NCBI RefSeq assembly: GCF_001194135.2
Contig: NC_068982.1
Location: forward strand, 160,108,200 to 160,172,199
Direction: 5' to 3'
DNA: 64,000 nt
Origin: Octopus bimaculoides
Taxonomy: Eukaryota
This document shows positions 13,710 through 25,009 of the stretch, piece after piece (the stretch's first letter is position 1; every line of letters begins with the position of its first letter). The notes below the pieces were generated by a model. That model had not been told where the DNA came from. It saw nothing but the letters and a program-made list of their open reading frames with translations, and made no database searches. A program made the translations under genes and the position numbers.

Positions 13710-13884
13710 GGTACATTTTAAAAAAATAACGTCGACCACTAACGTGGACAATTAATGCGCTAGAAATAGATCGCATCTTGTGTCTATTAAGACGTAAATT
13801 GTTCTCAACATGAAATATAGCAGCATACCAAAACGTGAGCGGGCAAGACATTTGTTAGTGGTCGACGTTATTTTTTAAAAATGT
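13710..13884. mobile_element. MITE-like element with 31-bp inverted arms, Kolobok-like left end
   Basis: Arms 13713-13743 and 13854-13884 are reverse complements with one mismatch. Left end reads TTAA|GG; right end runs into a gap. Confidence 0.55.
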
Positions 13885-14496
13885 NNNNNNNNNNNNNNNN
13901 NNNNNNNNNNNNNNNNNNNNNNNNNNNNNNTGTGTGTGTGTGTGTGTGTGTGTGTGTTTGTATTTATAAAAATATTAAGTTAACAGTGCTTTGTTTCAAT
14001 GTTATCTTGTGCTTTAAAGATATATGGATTATAACCAAACGCTTCATCTTTAGATAGATTTGAACCTCTTGTCATTATTTAGAATATATTTGCCGAAGGA
14101 GAACACAAGAACAAGGTTCGACCGAAACAGATTCAATCCTAGCCACCATTCCTGAGGGTTTGAATAAATCCAATAGACGCTTTTGCACATGTAATAACTC
14201 CTAAGGGTTTGAATATATCCCATACACGCTTTTGCATATATAAAGTATTCTTTCCAACAAAGCCTCCTACAAGTAATTTGGCATATACAAATTCGGTAAA
14301 AAGCTAATACATCATTTGAATAACCAAGCAAAACAAACATATATATGTAGTCTGAATGCCTTGCATCAAGCTATATCCCTTGGTCGAAGTGTCTTTCAAA
14401 TACACGATATGTGCGCACACACACACATACACGCACACACACACACACACATACACACATACACACACACACAATCATATGCACACGCACGCAATC

Positions 14497-14585
14497 AATA
14501 GCAGCCGGTAAGCTCCCGGCGCTCTGTAGAGCTTCACTGAATGTCAACAGGCAGAGATGTTTGCGAGCGTTAAATATAGGAAAAT

Positions 14586-14618
<33 letters not shown>

Positions 14619-14818
14619 AAGGATAATTCAATACTACAGTTTCAAACTTTTCGGATCACGTGCGTGAGTGCGAGTCCGATGGGTCATCTTCAGTTGAATC
14701 AACCATCGTTGACGAAATTTTAAAATATTCACTACATCTCTGCCTGTTTACTCTGCTGAACTCCCCAGTTAAAATATGAACTAAGATCAGTGAAAAGATA
14801 TGCTTACCGGCTGCTATT
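14497..14818. mobile_element. Unclassified MITE with nested inverted repeats
   Basis: Perfect 17-bp IR aatagcagccggtaagc (14497-14513) / gcttaccggctgctatt (14802-14818). Inner perfect 15-bp IR at 14546-14560 / 14734-14748. Confidence 0.7.
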
Positions 14819-15571
14819 TCTAACAATGATCCTACTTCGTGTACATCAGCTTTGTATATATATATATATNNNNNNNNNNNNNNNNNNNNNNNNNNNNNNN
14901 NNNNNNNNNNNNNNNNNNNNNNNNNNNNNNNNNNNNNNNNNNNNNNNNNNNNNNNNNNNNNNNNNNNNNNNNNNNNNNNNNNNNNNNNNNNNNNNNNNNN
15001 NNNNNNNNNNNNNNNNNNNNNNNNNNNNNNNNNNNNNNNNNNNNNNNNNNNNNNNNNNNNNNNNNNNNNNNNNNNNNNNNNNNNNNNNNNNNNNTACATA
15101 CATACATACATACATACATACATACATACATACATACACACATACATACATATATACATACAGATATATGTCTGTGTGTGTGTGTTTGTGTGTAAAGGTA
15201 AATATTGATTTTCAATACGAACTCACATTTCTTTCCACTTAATATAAATTCAATCTTAAGCACATTTCTTTCGAACATTGCTTTCAGTTGGGAATTAATG
15301 CCTCCAGCGTTTCCATCACGTGATTTTAATCAGAGGAAGAGCGGGTAACCGGTATTTCTATCGATTCCATTTTTTTGAAATGTATATTAAGGCCATAAGA
15401 GACAATTTTATTGTGTATACATACATATAAGAACATACATCTATATTACATCCATCTCTGTATGTATATGTGCATATATACGCTTATATAAGCATATGTT
15501 TGCGTATATATATGTTCGCGTGTGTGTGCGCGAATGCGCGCGTGTATGTGTGTGTGTTTGCATATATATTC

Positions 15572-15622
15572 TTTTACTTTTTTCAATCATTTGACTGCGG
15601 CTATGCTCTATCGCGGCCTTTA
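15572..15622 (-). mobile_element. SINE family A, 3' terminal fragment
   Basis: ttttacttttttcaatcatttgactgcggctatgct is the reverse complement of the family A tail. Confidence 0.7.
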
Positions 15623-15689
15623 TATGTATGTATGTATGTATGTATATTATTGTGTCTCCTATAATCTGTGCACATGACGTGTTCTATAT

Positions 15690-16295
15690 TAAAAAGAGGA
15701 CCATGGTATTACAGAATCCGCGAGAAAAAACGAGAAGAATTCTAATAGGTGCTCGATAAAGAAAAAAATATTATATAGGTGCTGCTCCAATACGAAGATC
15801 ATTGTTACTCCCAAGCCTCAACAAGAATCCACTACTAGTTGCAAATATCGAGACGCTGGAACTTGCCCAAGTGACCCAGCGCGTATGGTAAATTCTGTCG
15901 TCTATGAGTTAAAGGTCACTGCAACGCATGAAGATAACATAATTGTAATGGAATGTTACATCGGTTTATGTGAAAGCAATTGTAAAAACACGTCAAGAAA
16001 ACCACCAGTCTTTTTTCAGTCTCATCGACAAAAGTAAAGCTACTAAGTTGGATAACTACGTTTGGAGTTTGAAGATCATCTACACATCACATAAATTGAA
16101 ATGGAAAATCGTGGACAAAGCTATACCAAATGTAATCAGATTTAAGCGATGCAATTTATGCGTAGCTGAAAGATCGCTCATTCTTTTTAGATCCAAGAAT
16201 TCCACAACACTACTGAAGTCAAGATCCAAAAGTTTTAGCAAATACAAGAATAAAGGAATTCCTTTTGTCGAACTGGCGGGCACCATCTCTCCAGT
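15690..16295 (+). mobile_element. PLE GIY-YIG endonuclease remnant (Cys-rich-linker lineage)
   Basis: SCKYRDAGTCP...SVVYELKV...ECYIGLCES, then after a frameshift KTRQENHQSF...ATKLDNYVWSLK...KWKIVDKA...CNLCVAER. Frameshifted. Confidence 0.85.
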
Positions 16296-16792
16296 TTGAG
16301 CAAATATCTTGCAGAATTTGGACTCCTCTGCATTGAGTTATTCTGCACCAGCTAGATTAATTATAATTTCTACGGTCAAAGGGGACGGAACTCTAATTAT
16401 TTTCTTTCGTTTTATTTCTTTTTTCTTCATTTATTCACCTTTTGCCTTCTCATTCCACTTTTTGTATGAACCAGCTTCCACTTTTTGTTTCGCGGTTTCT
16501 CATGTACCAAGGCCCTCGTTTTCCAACAAAACAAACATGCAGATACACAAGGCACGTTCCAAAAATCTGCTTAACCCCAATGGTAAGAAACTATTTGTAG
16601 TAATAGCTATATATGCATGATTATGTGTTTTTGCTTGTGTGTGTGTATTAGCGTGAGTGTAAGTAAATAGATACACGCGTATATGTCTATATATACTAAT
16701 ATAAGTATAGGTATATTTACATGCATATATCTATGTATACACATACACGCGCACACCCACATACACACACACGCACACACACACACACATAC

Positions 16793-16827
<35 letters not shown>

Positions 16828-17834
16828 NNNNNNNNNNNNNNNNNNNNNNNNNNNNNNNNNNNNNNNNNNNNNNNNNNNNNNNNNNNNNNNNNNNNNNNNN
16901 NNNNNNNNNNNNNNNNNNNNNNNNNNNNNNNNNNNNNNNNNNNNNNNNNNNNNNNNNNNNNNNNNNNNNNNNNNNNNNNNNNNNNNNNNNNNNNNNNNNN
17001 NNNNNNNNNNNNNNNNNNNNNNNNNNNNNNNNNNNNNNNNNNNNNNNNNNNNNNNNNTGTGTGTGTGGTTTGTTTGTTTGTGTGTGCGTGTGTGTATGTG
17101 TGTGTGTGTGTGTGTGTATGTCTGTGTAAGTGTATACGTATGTATCTGTTTGGATTTGCGCGCACATTCGTTTCCTATATTAGAACGTACATTCAATACA
17201 GATGTTGTTTGCTTTCTGTAAATTAACGACATTTCTATGTTAGCTTATCGAATTAACTTTTATAATTAAGAAATATACTCTATACAAGCAAACGAATAAA
17301 CCGATTAAAAAAATTTAATTAAATTATCGATTTTAAATGAAATCTGTAATTTTCTAAATTGTCTTCATTATTCAAATGGGACAACTAGTTAGTAACGCTA
17401 TTAGATATATTATACGTTTATATTTGTATATTTAATTATATTTATATAGAAATATCTTAAACATACATTTATATAACTTGTGAGCATATTAACATATACT
17501 GGAGGAAAAGAAATACGCATTAATCTGGAAAGTTATGTACTTCTCTCAATCAGTAAATTATTTCATAACGATGTTAATTTTATGTGTATTTTGGGAAGCC
17601 TTGTATAACCACACGACTAGTATGCCTGTACACGATAGCTTTATCAATTGCAGGTAAATCCTCTCTAAAAGTATGTGTTTTCCTACCACTAAGGAAAGCT
17701 AGATGTACATGAAATAAATAGTAATATACAAACACTCTAAAAAAATGAAGTGATAGTCATGCATGGAAAGATTTTGCTGATTGGTGGGTTAATAGTTTGA
17801 ACTACAAGAACGACAATAATAAAAATAAAGACAA

Positions 17835-18078
17835 CGTATGCTGTATTTCTGCGCACTCTACTCTTCATCAACCAAAAGGAGGTGCAAGCTTCAGTGAAAG
17901 AGTTCTTTGCCTCGAAGGAAAAAACTAGCACCAGTGTGCGATCAAAGAACTGGCTGAAATGTGGCTTCAAATGTTGCGATCCGATGGCCTTTATTTTGAA
18001 TTTTAGGCTGCTTTTGTTGTAATTTGAATAAAGCAAATAAAGTAACAAAATATTGCAAAAACCTTTGACTCAACATAA
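17835..18078 (+). mobile_element. mariner transposase C-terminal fragment with 3' end
   Basis: FINQKEVQASVKEFFASK...AIKELAEMWLQML.SDGLYFE matches the mariner C-terminal pattern; TIR-like ttgactcaac(a)ta end. Confidence 0.7.
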
Positions 18079-18129
18079 TATAAAAGTGAAGTATTGCAGA
18101 GACAACATCAAACCCAATGAAATATCAAA

Positions 18130-18617
18130 TTCTCGGGAGGAACTACTGTATGTGGCCGAGGTGGCGAAATCTGGTTTTAAACCTTCGGTCCCCGAGCCCG
18201 AGACAAGATTTAATCCGCCTTCGGCACAGTATTAGAATGTAGGGATGGTGACACAACTGTGACGGCAATCTTCGCGCCCTGCTATTAATCGTGTTCTGCT
18301 ACTGAGGGCTACCCGAAATAAAATTTCTCCAGTGGCTCTTTCTCCGACAGATGTAAGCGTTGGACTATGTCTTTCACCGCAGTCGTCATTTCCCTGACTT
18401 CCGTACCAATGGTGCGGCAAGACTGTTGTATGGCCCTGTGGTATTCACCCGCGTATGTGCTTGTATGGGTCACGGAACATGTAAGTTCATAAAGAGACCT
18501 TTCTACAACAAGAAATTTCCCCGTAACATCTACATTCAACATATTTTCCTATTACCCTAGACAAGCCAAGCATTTTTTTCAGTTTCAAGTCCTCGCTTCC
18601 CTTCACTCGTGTATTGC
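18130..18617 (-). mobile_element. Decayed coding-like segment, possibly L1/Tx1-type LINE ORF1
   Basis: GC-richer; frameshifted reading MGQSNTRVK...YELTCSVTH...KIAVTV..PTF*YCAEGG, with a possible remnant zinc knuckle. Confidence 0.3.
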
Positions 18618-18859
18618 TTTGGCCCATACATTAAGTTATGAATCTATATTCGGGTGTGTGTGGAACTTAGTTAATCTTACGTTTCATTTCGTACACAATG
18701 TTGAAAGCTTGGGAAATACTATTATGCTGTCGTTCTCGATAGAAACTATAGACTTCCACAAATCAGCTATTACCTATTTTGAAGGTTCTTTTGTGCACGA
18801 AATAAGGGGGACTCTCCACTCCACACACACACACACACACACGCAAACAATCTCATATC

Positions 18860-19016
18860 GAACCTGGTTCCTCATTTTTCGATATTACTATCATTATTAT
18901 TATTATTATCATTATTATTATTATTATGATCACTGCCTGGAAACGAACACGGANNNNNNNNNNCACGGAATGTTGGGGTTAGTAGCCCGCACTCTTAACC
19001 ACTACGCCATATGCCC
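18860..19016 (-). mobile_element. tRNA-like Pol III head plus (AAT)n, part of the PLE 3' region
   Basis: GGGCATA-TGGCGTAGTGG (A box)...GGCTACTAACCCC...GTTCGTTTCC (B-box-like), then (AAT)n and atcgaaaaat, as in 27800-28006. Confidence 0.8.
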
Positions 19017-19045
19017 GTGGACAATTATGGAGTGAATTTTAGGGG

Positions 19046-19440
19046 TTATAAATCTAATATTTTCCTATCCTTCCTTAATACTGGTTCCCATATGCTATTC
19101 ATATCTGCACTCGGTCTGCTTAGGTAGTTGTTGTGTCCTAGTTTTCGTATTTTCCAGTGGTGTTGTGTGTCTATTATTTTAACTTCATCCCACAGGGGGA
19201 GGTGGTCTCCATTTTTCGATACATGATCAGCTATATCCAAGTCATCAATATCTCATCGTGTCACAGCTTTGCGATATTCCTCTACCCTTATTTTGAGGGG
19301 GGGGCGACATGTTTCGCCTTTGTATAACCTACCATAGCTGCATGGGATGGAGTACACGCAGATTTTGGTAAAATTCTATCCTGCTGGTGGTTTTACCCGA
19401 AGGGGATATTTGCGAAGTGTTGTATTACTCTTGAATACGA
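19046..19440 (-). mobile_element. PLE GIY-YIG endonuclease C-terminus (Penelope/Poseidon-like)
   Basis: CVYSIPCSYGRLYKGETCRP.LKIRVEEYRKAV...DIADHVSKNGDHLPLWDEVKIID...HWKIRK...SRPSADMNSIWEPVL, with a stop at 19046. Confidence 0.85.
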
Positions 19441-21239
19441 AAGAAATTCTACCCAACTAAATTCTATCAGGAATATGACTAAACCTGTGTCAAGTTAAAC
19501 AACAGTAAGAAGAATGAGAAGATAATGAAGATAAGGGCTTTGATGATGACGAAGATAATGGTGGTCGTGGTTTTGATGATGTCGATGACGATAGAGCTAA
19601 AAACGGAATAAAACGGAAAATGAAAATAGTTAGAATGACAAGATAAAACAACAAAAACAAAAATATAAGAAAAACAACACGATAATGATGAATAAAAACT
19701 AGCTCTCTTGAAAAGTCGGTCTAAGTTGAATGAATGAAGTTTAGACTTAAGATGTATGCCGAAATTGCCGTATAAAATTGGAAAATTTACGAAAAAAACT
19801 CCATCAAGATATATCAATTCTAAATCAAAGACTGAGAATAAATCGACATGCACACATACACACACACAAACGAATATAGATCTGAATAATTGAATCAGGA
19901 AATATAGAGCATAAAGAGACGAATGAGAAATCGCAACAGATTGCTATATTCTTATCAGATTAGCGTTAGGAATAGACAAAATGCAAGAGAAAAAAGAATC
20001 GAAATAATTGCTATAAATACTCAAGCTATCTTAATAATTAGCCAGAACTTAAATGAAATAAAATGTTAATCAAGTGAACGAATAACCGTAGACAGAAACA
20101 CATAAAAGAAAACTATTGCAAAAATCTCACTATATAACCCTCAATCAGGGATGTAGCGAGGATGGAATTCCAATTAAGATCAGAACTTTGCAAATAGAGA
20201 ATGGCTTGAAAATAACTATAGTTGGAGTAAGAAATTATCGCACAGAACATAAAAGCTGATTTTACAAACTAATTAAGCAAATGCAGAAAACGCAATGAAA
20301 GAAAAGATTTTCTATAGATAAGGAAGCAATTAGGAAGTATAGATGCAGGAAATACTGAGGCAAACTCCAATAAGGAGCTAACAAAACAAAGATACATAAA
20401 ACAACAATAATAAAAATAAAGTTCAATGATTTTCGAGGACATAGCTATAAAATGTGGTCGTAAAATAAAACTTAAAGTGGTTAGTATGGGTTGTCAGAAA
20501 GCTGAGAATGTTTGAATAAAGATGCACAAGATTAGATTATATAAGCAGGAAGCTGTTTTAGAATCATAATCAACCATGACAGGTTAACAGTCGAGTGTCT
20601 ATTGCAGTACTTTCATATGTCAAAAATAGCGCAAATTCTCTTTCAAATTACAGCATACCTCTTTCAATGGGAAGGACAGATTGTGTTAAGGAAAACAATG
20701 GACCTATAAGAAAATGAGATGGTCATTGTACGAAGAGTCTACTGAATGGAACTTGATCTGGAGCTAAGCAATAACCACTATTACAAGGACAACAGCAACA
20801 ACGACAACGACAAGCACTACTTCTACTATTACTACTAGTCCTACTGTGGTTGCTGCTGGTCCCATAACGAAACGACGGTGGCGCCCACGCGACCTATTCA
20901 GTCAAATATCTCCGATTATTGCCAATGCTGACTTTGAAAATGAAGCACACAACATAGCGAATCAAACGACAGGGTTAACATGACTGAATAAACGGGATTA
21001 TCAGCCCTGATCAAAGTGAGACAACTTGTACTAAATGTATTTAGTATGCAAAAGATGCAATTATAGTCTTAGCTAAGAATAAATCTGTATCCAATGACTA
21101 AAATTCACATAATCCTGAAATACGCTTCCGCGTAACCATAGGAAAATTAAAGGAACGTGTCTAGATATTATATATTAAAGATAAAATAAGATAATTGAAA
21201 TAGTAAAAACAAGACAACAGCAAATAACTTTTAGCTTTT

Positions 21240-21480
21240 TATCTATGTCTTTATACTTTCTGACTTCAAGTTCTGCTGTGTTCAACATCTTTCGAAGTTT
21301 CAATAATGCAATCAGCCTGATCAATCGCATCATCCCTACCGAAATTGAGGCCGTTTTCAAATGTAATGTACCATATCTAATTAATCAAACTGAAATTCAT
21401 CCCTGGCGACAAAAATAGTATTTTAAGGATAAAAGACAAATGGAAAGTAAAAATTCCTGAGGGTCGTTTGAATTAATATC
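21240..21480 (+). mobile_element. Degenerate PLE RT fragment
   Basis: NNAISLINRIIPTEIEAVFKCNVPYLINQTEIHPWRQK resembles the PLE RT segment preceding the MG/YxDD region; homologous to ~9640. Confidence 0.4.
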
Positions 21481-21582
21481 ATAAACAAATTAATGAAACT
21501 TCTTAATATTTAAATTAAAACTGATAAAGAAGTGAAATATCGTTATTCTATTTATTCAGTTTTGCCGATAGATTTTTTATAC

Positions 21583-21942
21583 TTTTATTCTTTTACTTCT
21601 TTCAGCCATTTGACTGCGACCATGCTGGTGCATCGCCTTTAATCAACCCCAGAATTTATTCTTTGTAAACCCACTGCTTATTCCATCGGTCTGTTATTGC
21701 GGAACCACTAAGTAACGGGGACGTAAAACAGCAACATCGGTTGTGAACTGTTGGTGGGGGTACAAACGCAGACACAAATAACAAATATATATATACATAC
21801 ACACACACAACGGGCTTGTTTCAGTTTCCGTCTACCAAATCCACTCACAAGGCTTTGGTCGGTCCGAGGCTATAGTAGATGACACTTGTCCAAAGTGCCA
21901 TGCAGTGCGACTGAACCCGGAACCACACAGCCACTTCTGCGC
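21583..21942 (-). mobile_element. SINE family A, near full length
   Basis: Reverse complement of 11026-11418, with a small deletion in the head. Confidence 0.9.
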
Positions 21943-22381
21943 ATATATATTTGGGTATCTTTAATTTTTCATGCTAAGTCCTAGCAATGTACATTTCATT
22001 GATATTACATGAAAGAGGACTGAATGTTGCGTTAAAATACTCTGGAGATTATGACAAAACCTACATTGGAAAAGTCAGGCACTCTAATAAAAATAGCTAT
22101 TCTGCCGCCAATAATATAACTAACAATGTATTTTCCGAATTAGAATGCTACTGTGCTACTTGTTATCATTGTAGAAACTTGGAGAAATAGTTTTCCCATT
22201 GTGGCTAGGTGTATATGAAACGATCAGCAGTTTTATTTTTTCTGAAATCATTTAGTGATGTAATGAAGGTTTCTGACTATTTGTTTTTCTACGTTCGGAT
22301 CTACCACATTTCTATGTTTTGACTTCATGAAGTCTTTCTAATTTCATACATAAACACAGAGGCATGCTGATTCCCACGCAC

Positions 22382-22385
<4 letters not shown>

Positions 22386-22461
<76 letters not shown>
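22386..22461. repeat. (CA)n microsatellite
   Basis: Directly visible. Confidence 0.95.
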
Positions 22462-22464
<3 letters not shown>

Positions 22465-22603
22465 GAAAGAAACACAGACACAGATGCACTCACTTTCTCT
22501 AGCACATACAGCATAATTGTAGAAATGAAAGTAGGGGAAGTAAAGATAGAGAACAAATAATACCAGAAACCAAAATATTGGTTGAAATAGTAAGGGAGGT
22601 GTA

Positions 22604-24766
22604 GGGGAGACCGGGGCAAGTTGACTACGGGGCAAGTTGACACATTTTCTCTAGAGAAAATGCGAAACTACTTTCGGACGATTTAATGACATCATAGTAG
22701 TGCTGTTAGTATAAGCTTCTCCTCGTTTGATTTCGTCGCCGTTGTGAGAGTTTGTCTGCTACACGCGGACAACATTGGAATTTTCCACCTGGTAAGTTAT
22801 TTTTCGACATTTTCGATAATTGGTTACTTTGGATATTGTTTTAGACTGCATTATGTGTATTAAACTTTAAGGAGATAGTAAAATATCTCTCAGGACCCTA
22901 TACAAATGGATTCTTGCGATGCGAAACCCTAGTGATTTTCTCTCAGTGTTTACATTTACGAGGGAAATGGAGTCGGGGCAAGTTGACACATGTAAACAGG
23001 GGCATGTTGACAGTGTGTCAACTTGCCCCGGCCTGTGATAAAGTAGTTGTAAGTTGCTTACATTGATTTACAGACTGTATCTATCACATTTTAACTAAGA
23101 GTGTTATTTTATTCTTGTCTGGCACATTGGATCAATTCATTGAGTAACTTATGTACTACTCGCTATAGTTTTAGATCAGCTATCTTTATCTATACCAACC
23201 AATTCTATCTTCATACCGCTACCTACTTAGTCAACAGCATGTATACTGCCTCAGCTTTGTAATCTGTACCAATGATATATAAGCATGAAGTTATGCCGTG
23301 ACCAGGCATGCTTGAAACTAAAAGTAGGTAAACACTCAGAGCTTTGTCTTGCTTTCACTGTTGGATTATGCAATGAGCTAAATTGCTTTTTTCTCCCTCT
23401 CTCTTTCTTTACAGACCTAGATCTACAATTGTCATGGTGCGACACTACAAACGCAAAAGCAAGAGGGCAACTTTTCCACAGGATGTAATCCAACATGCTA
23501 TTCAACAGGTCCGAGCTCGTGTCATCTCCTTGCGAGAAGCTTCGAGTATATTTGGCATCCCTTTAAAATATTTTTTCAAAGCTGTCACCGTGCCTTCTCT
23601 TGCTGGACAATCACGATTCCCACCTTCGTATCCAGGGGCTGACTTATGCATCAGAAAATGGCATCGCCATGCTTTCTTTCCCACCTCACTGCACACAAAG
23701 GTTACAGCCGTTGGACAAAGCGGTCTATGAACCACTGAAGAAGTACACAAACACTGCCATTGATGACTTGCATATCAACCATACTGGACAGACCATGACC
23801 ATTTATGACATTCCGTGTATTGTTAAAACTGCATGGCCATTGACTGCAACTCCGACGAACATTCTTAGTGGCTTTTCTGCTACAGGAGTATGCCCTTTTA
23901 ATCGCAACATTTTCACAGACAGCGACTTTGCACCAAGCTTTGTCACTGACCGACCGGATCCTGTACTTTGAGCACTAGGCCTTCAGCACCTGTAACACCT
24001 GGGCCTTTAAGCAACATAGCCGCCAGGTCTTTCTGTCACCATTTCAAATCCGTCCACTACCCAAAGCAGGCCCTAGGAAAGAATCAACCAGAGGAAGAAA
24101 GAAACGTTGTTATGAAAACCTCACTGACTCGCCAGTTAAAAGAGTCATCATATATAAGAAAAGAAAAATGTAAATGTAAAAAGAAGAGAAACATTGATAA
24201 AGGAACGATAGGAAAGGGACTCAGTAAGGGCAGGTCAACGAAGGGAAAAGGACCAACTGTTAAAAAAAAGTTCAAATTCAAAAAGGTGATACCTCTGATG
24301 AGGAAGAATGCTATTGCTTAGTGTGCTGCGAGCCTTTTTCCAACAGCAAAGGAAGGAAAGCGCGGCTTCAACGCTCTGATTGTAAAGGTTTGCCACACGA
24401 GGCATGCACACCAGGTCTGACAATNNNNNNNNNNCTGCGAGCCTTTTTCCAACAGCAAAGGAAGGAAAGCGCGGCTTCAACGCTCTGATTGTAAAGGTTT
24501 GCCACACGAGGCATGCACACCAGGTCTGACAATATTCACATGCCCAAATTGTGACCCCGGTATCGGGGCAAGTTGACACATTTAAGTGGTCTTAGAAAAT
24601 GCACAAAATATAGATCCAGACAATAAGCAGATGAGATCTCTAGCTTTGTAAGTCTTCTGCTATGGTTGGTTTATGTGTGTAATAGAAGATACAGTAGAAT
24701 ACATTAAACAGTATGGCTCTGTCAGTGAAAATGTAGAAAATGTAGTCAACTAACCCCAGTCTCCCC
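22604..24766 (+). mobile_element. pogo-like DNA transposon (Tc1/mariner superfamily), internally deleted
   Basis: 25-bp TIRs GGGGAGACCGGGGCAAGTTGACTAC / GGGGAGACTGGGGTTAGTTGACTAC (22/25) flanked by TA at 22602-03 and 24767-68. Confidence 0.92.
23434..24560 (+). pseudogene. pogo-family (DDE_1-type) transposase pseudogene with C-terminal PHD-like finger
   Basis: N-terminal psq-type HTH MVRHYKRK...SLREASSIFGIP; LLLDNHDSH; FPPHCTQRLQPLDKAVYEPLK; C-terminal CLVCCEPF...QRSDC...HEAC...CPNC. The middle is deleted and there are frameshifts. Confidence 0.85.
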
Positions 24767-25009
24767 TACTAAGTTAGTAGAAATTGTAGAATAATGGGCG
24801 ACGTACCAGTTTAAAACTAAATGTAATAATAAAAATAAACCATGCAAAGGATGGAAAGACTCCAATGATGACTGAAATTGAGGTTACTGATAATGTTAAA
24901 ATAGACAGAAGTGCACACACACAGACACATCCGTGCGCGCGAAGACACACAACCAAGCACACATAGTATGTATATATATATACACATATACACACGCATA
25001 TTTTGTTTT

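Noticed and set aside
19479-19640. Hydrophobic minus-strand ORF with a good acceptor
   Set aside because: Derived from a degenerate (GAT)n low-complexity tract.
24330-24530. Apparent tandem duplication in the pogo PHD region
   Set aside because: The copies flank a 10-N gap, indicating an unmerged contig overlap. The same pattern occurs at 8952, 18954 and 38782.
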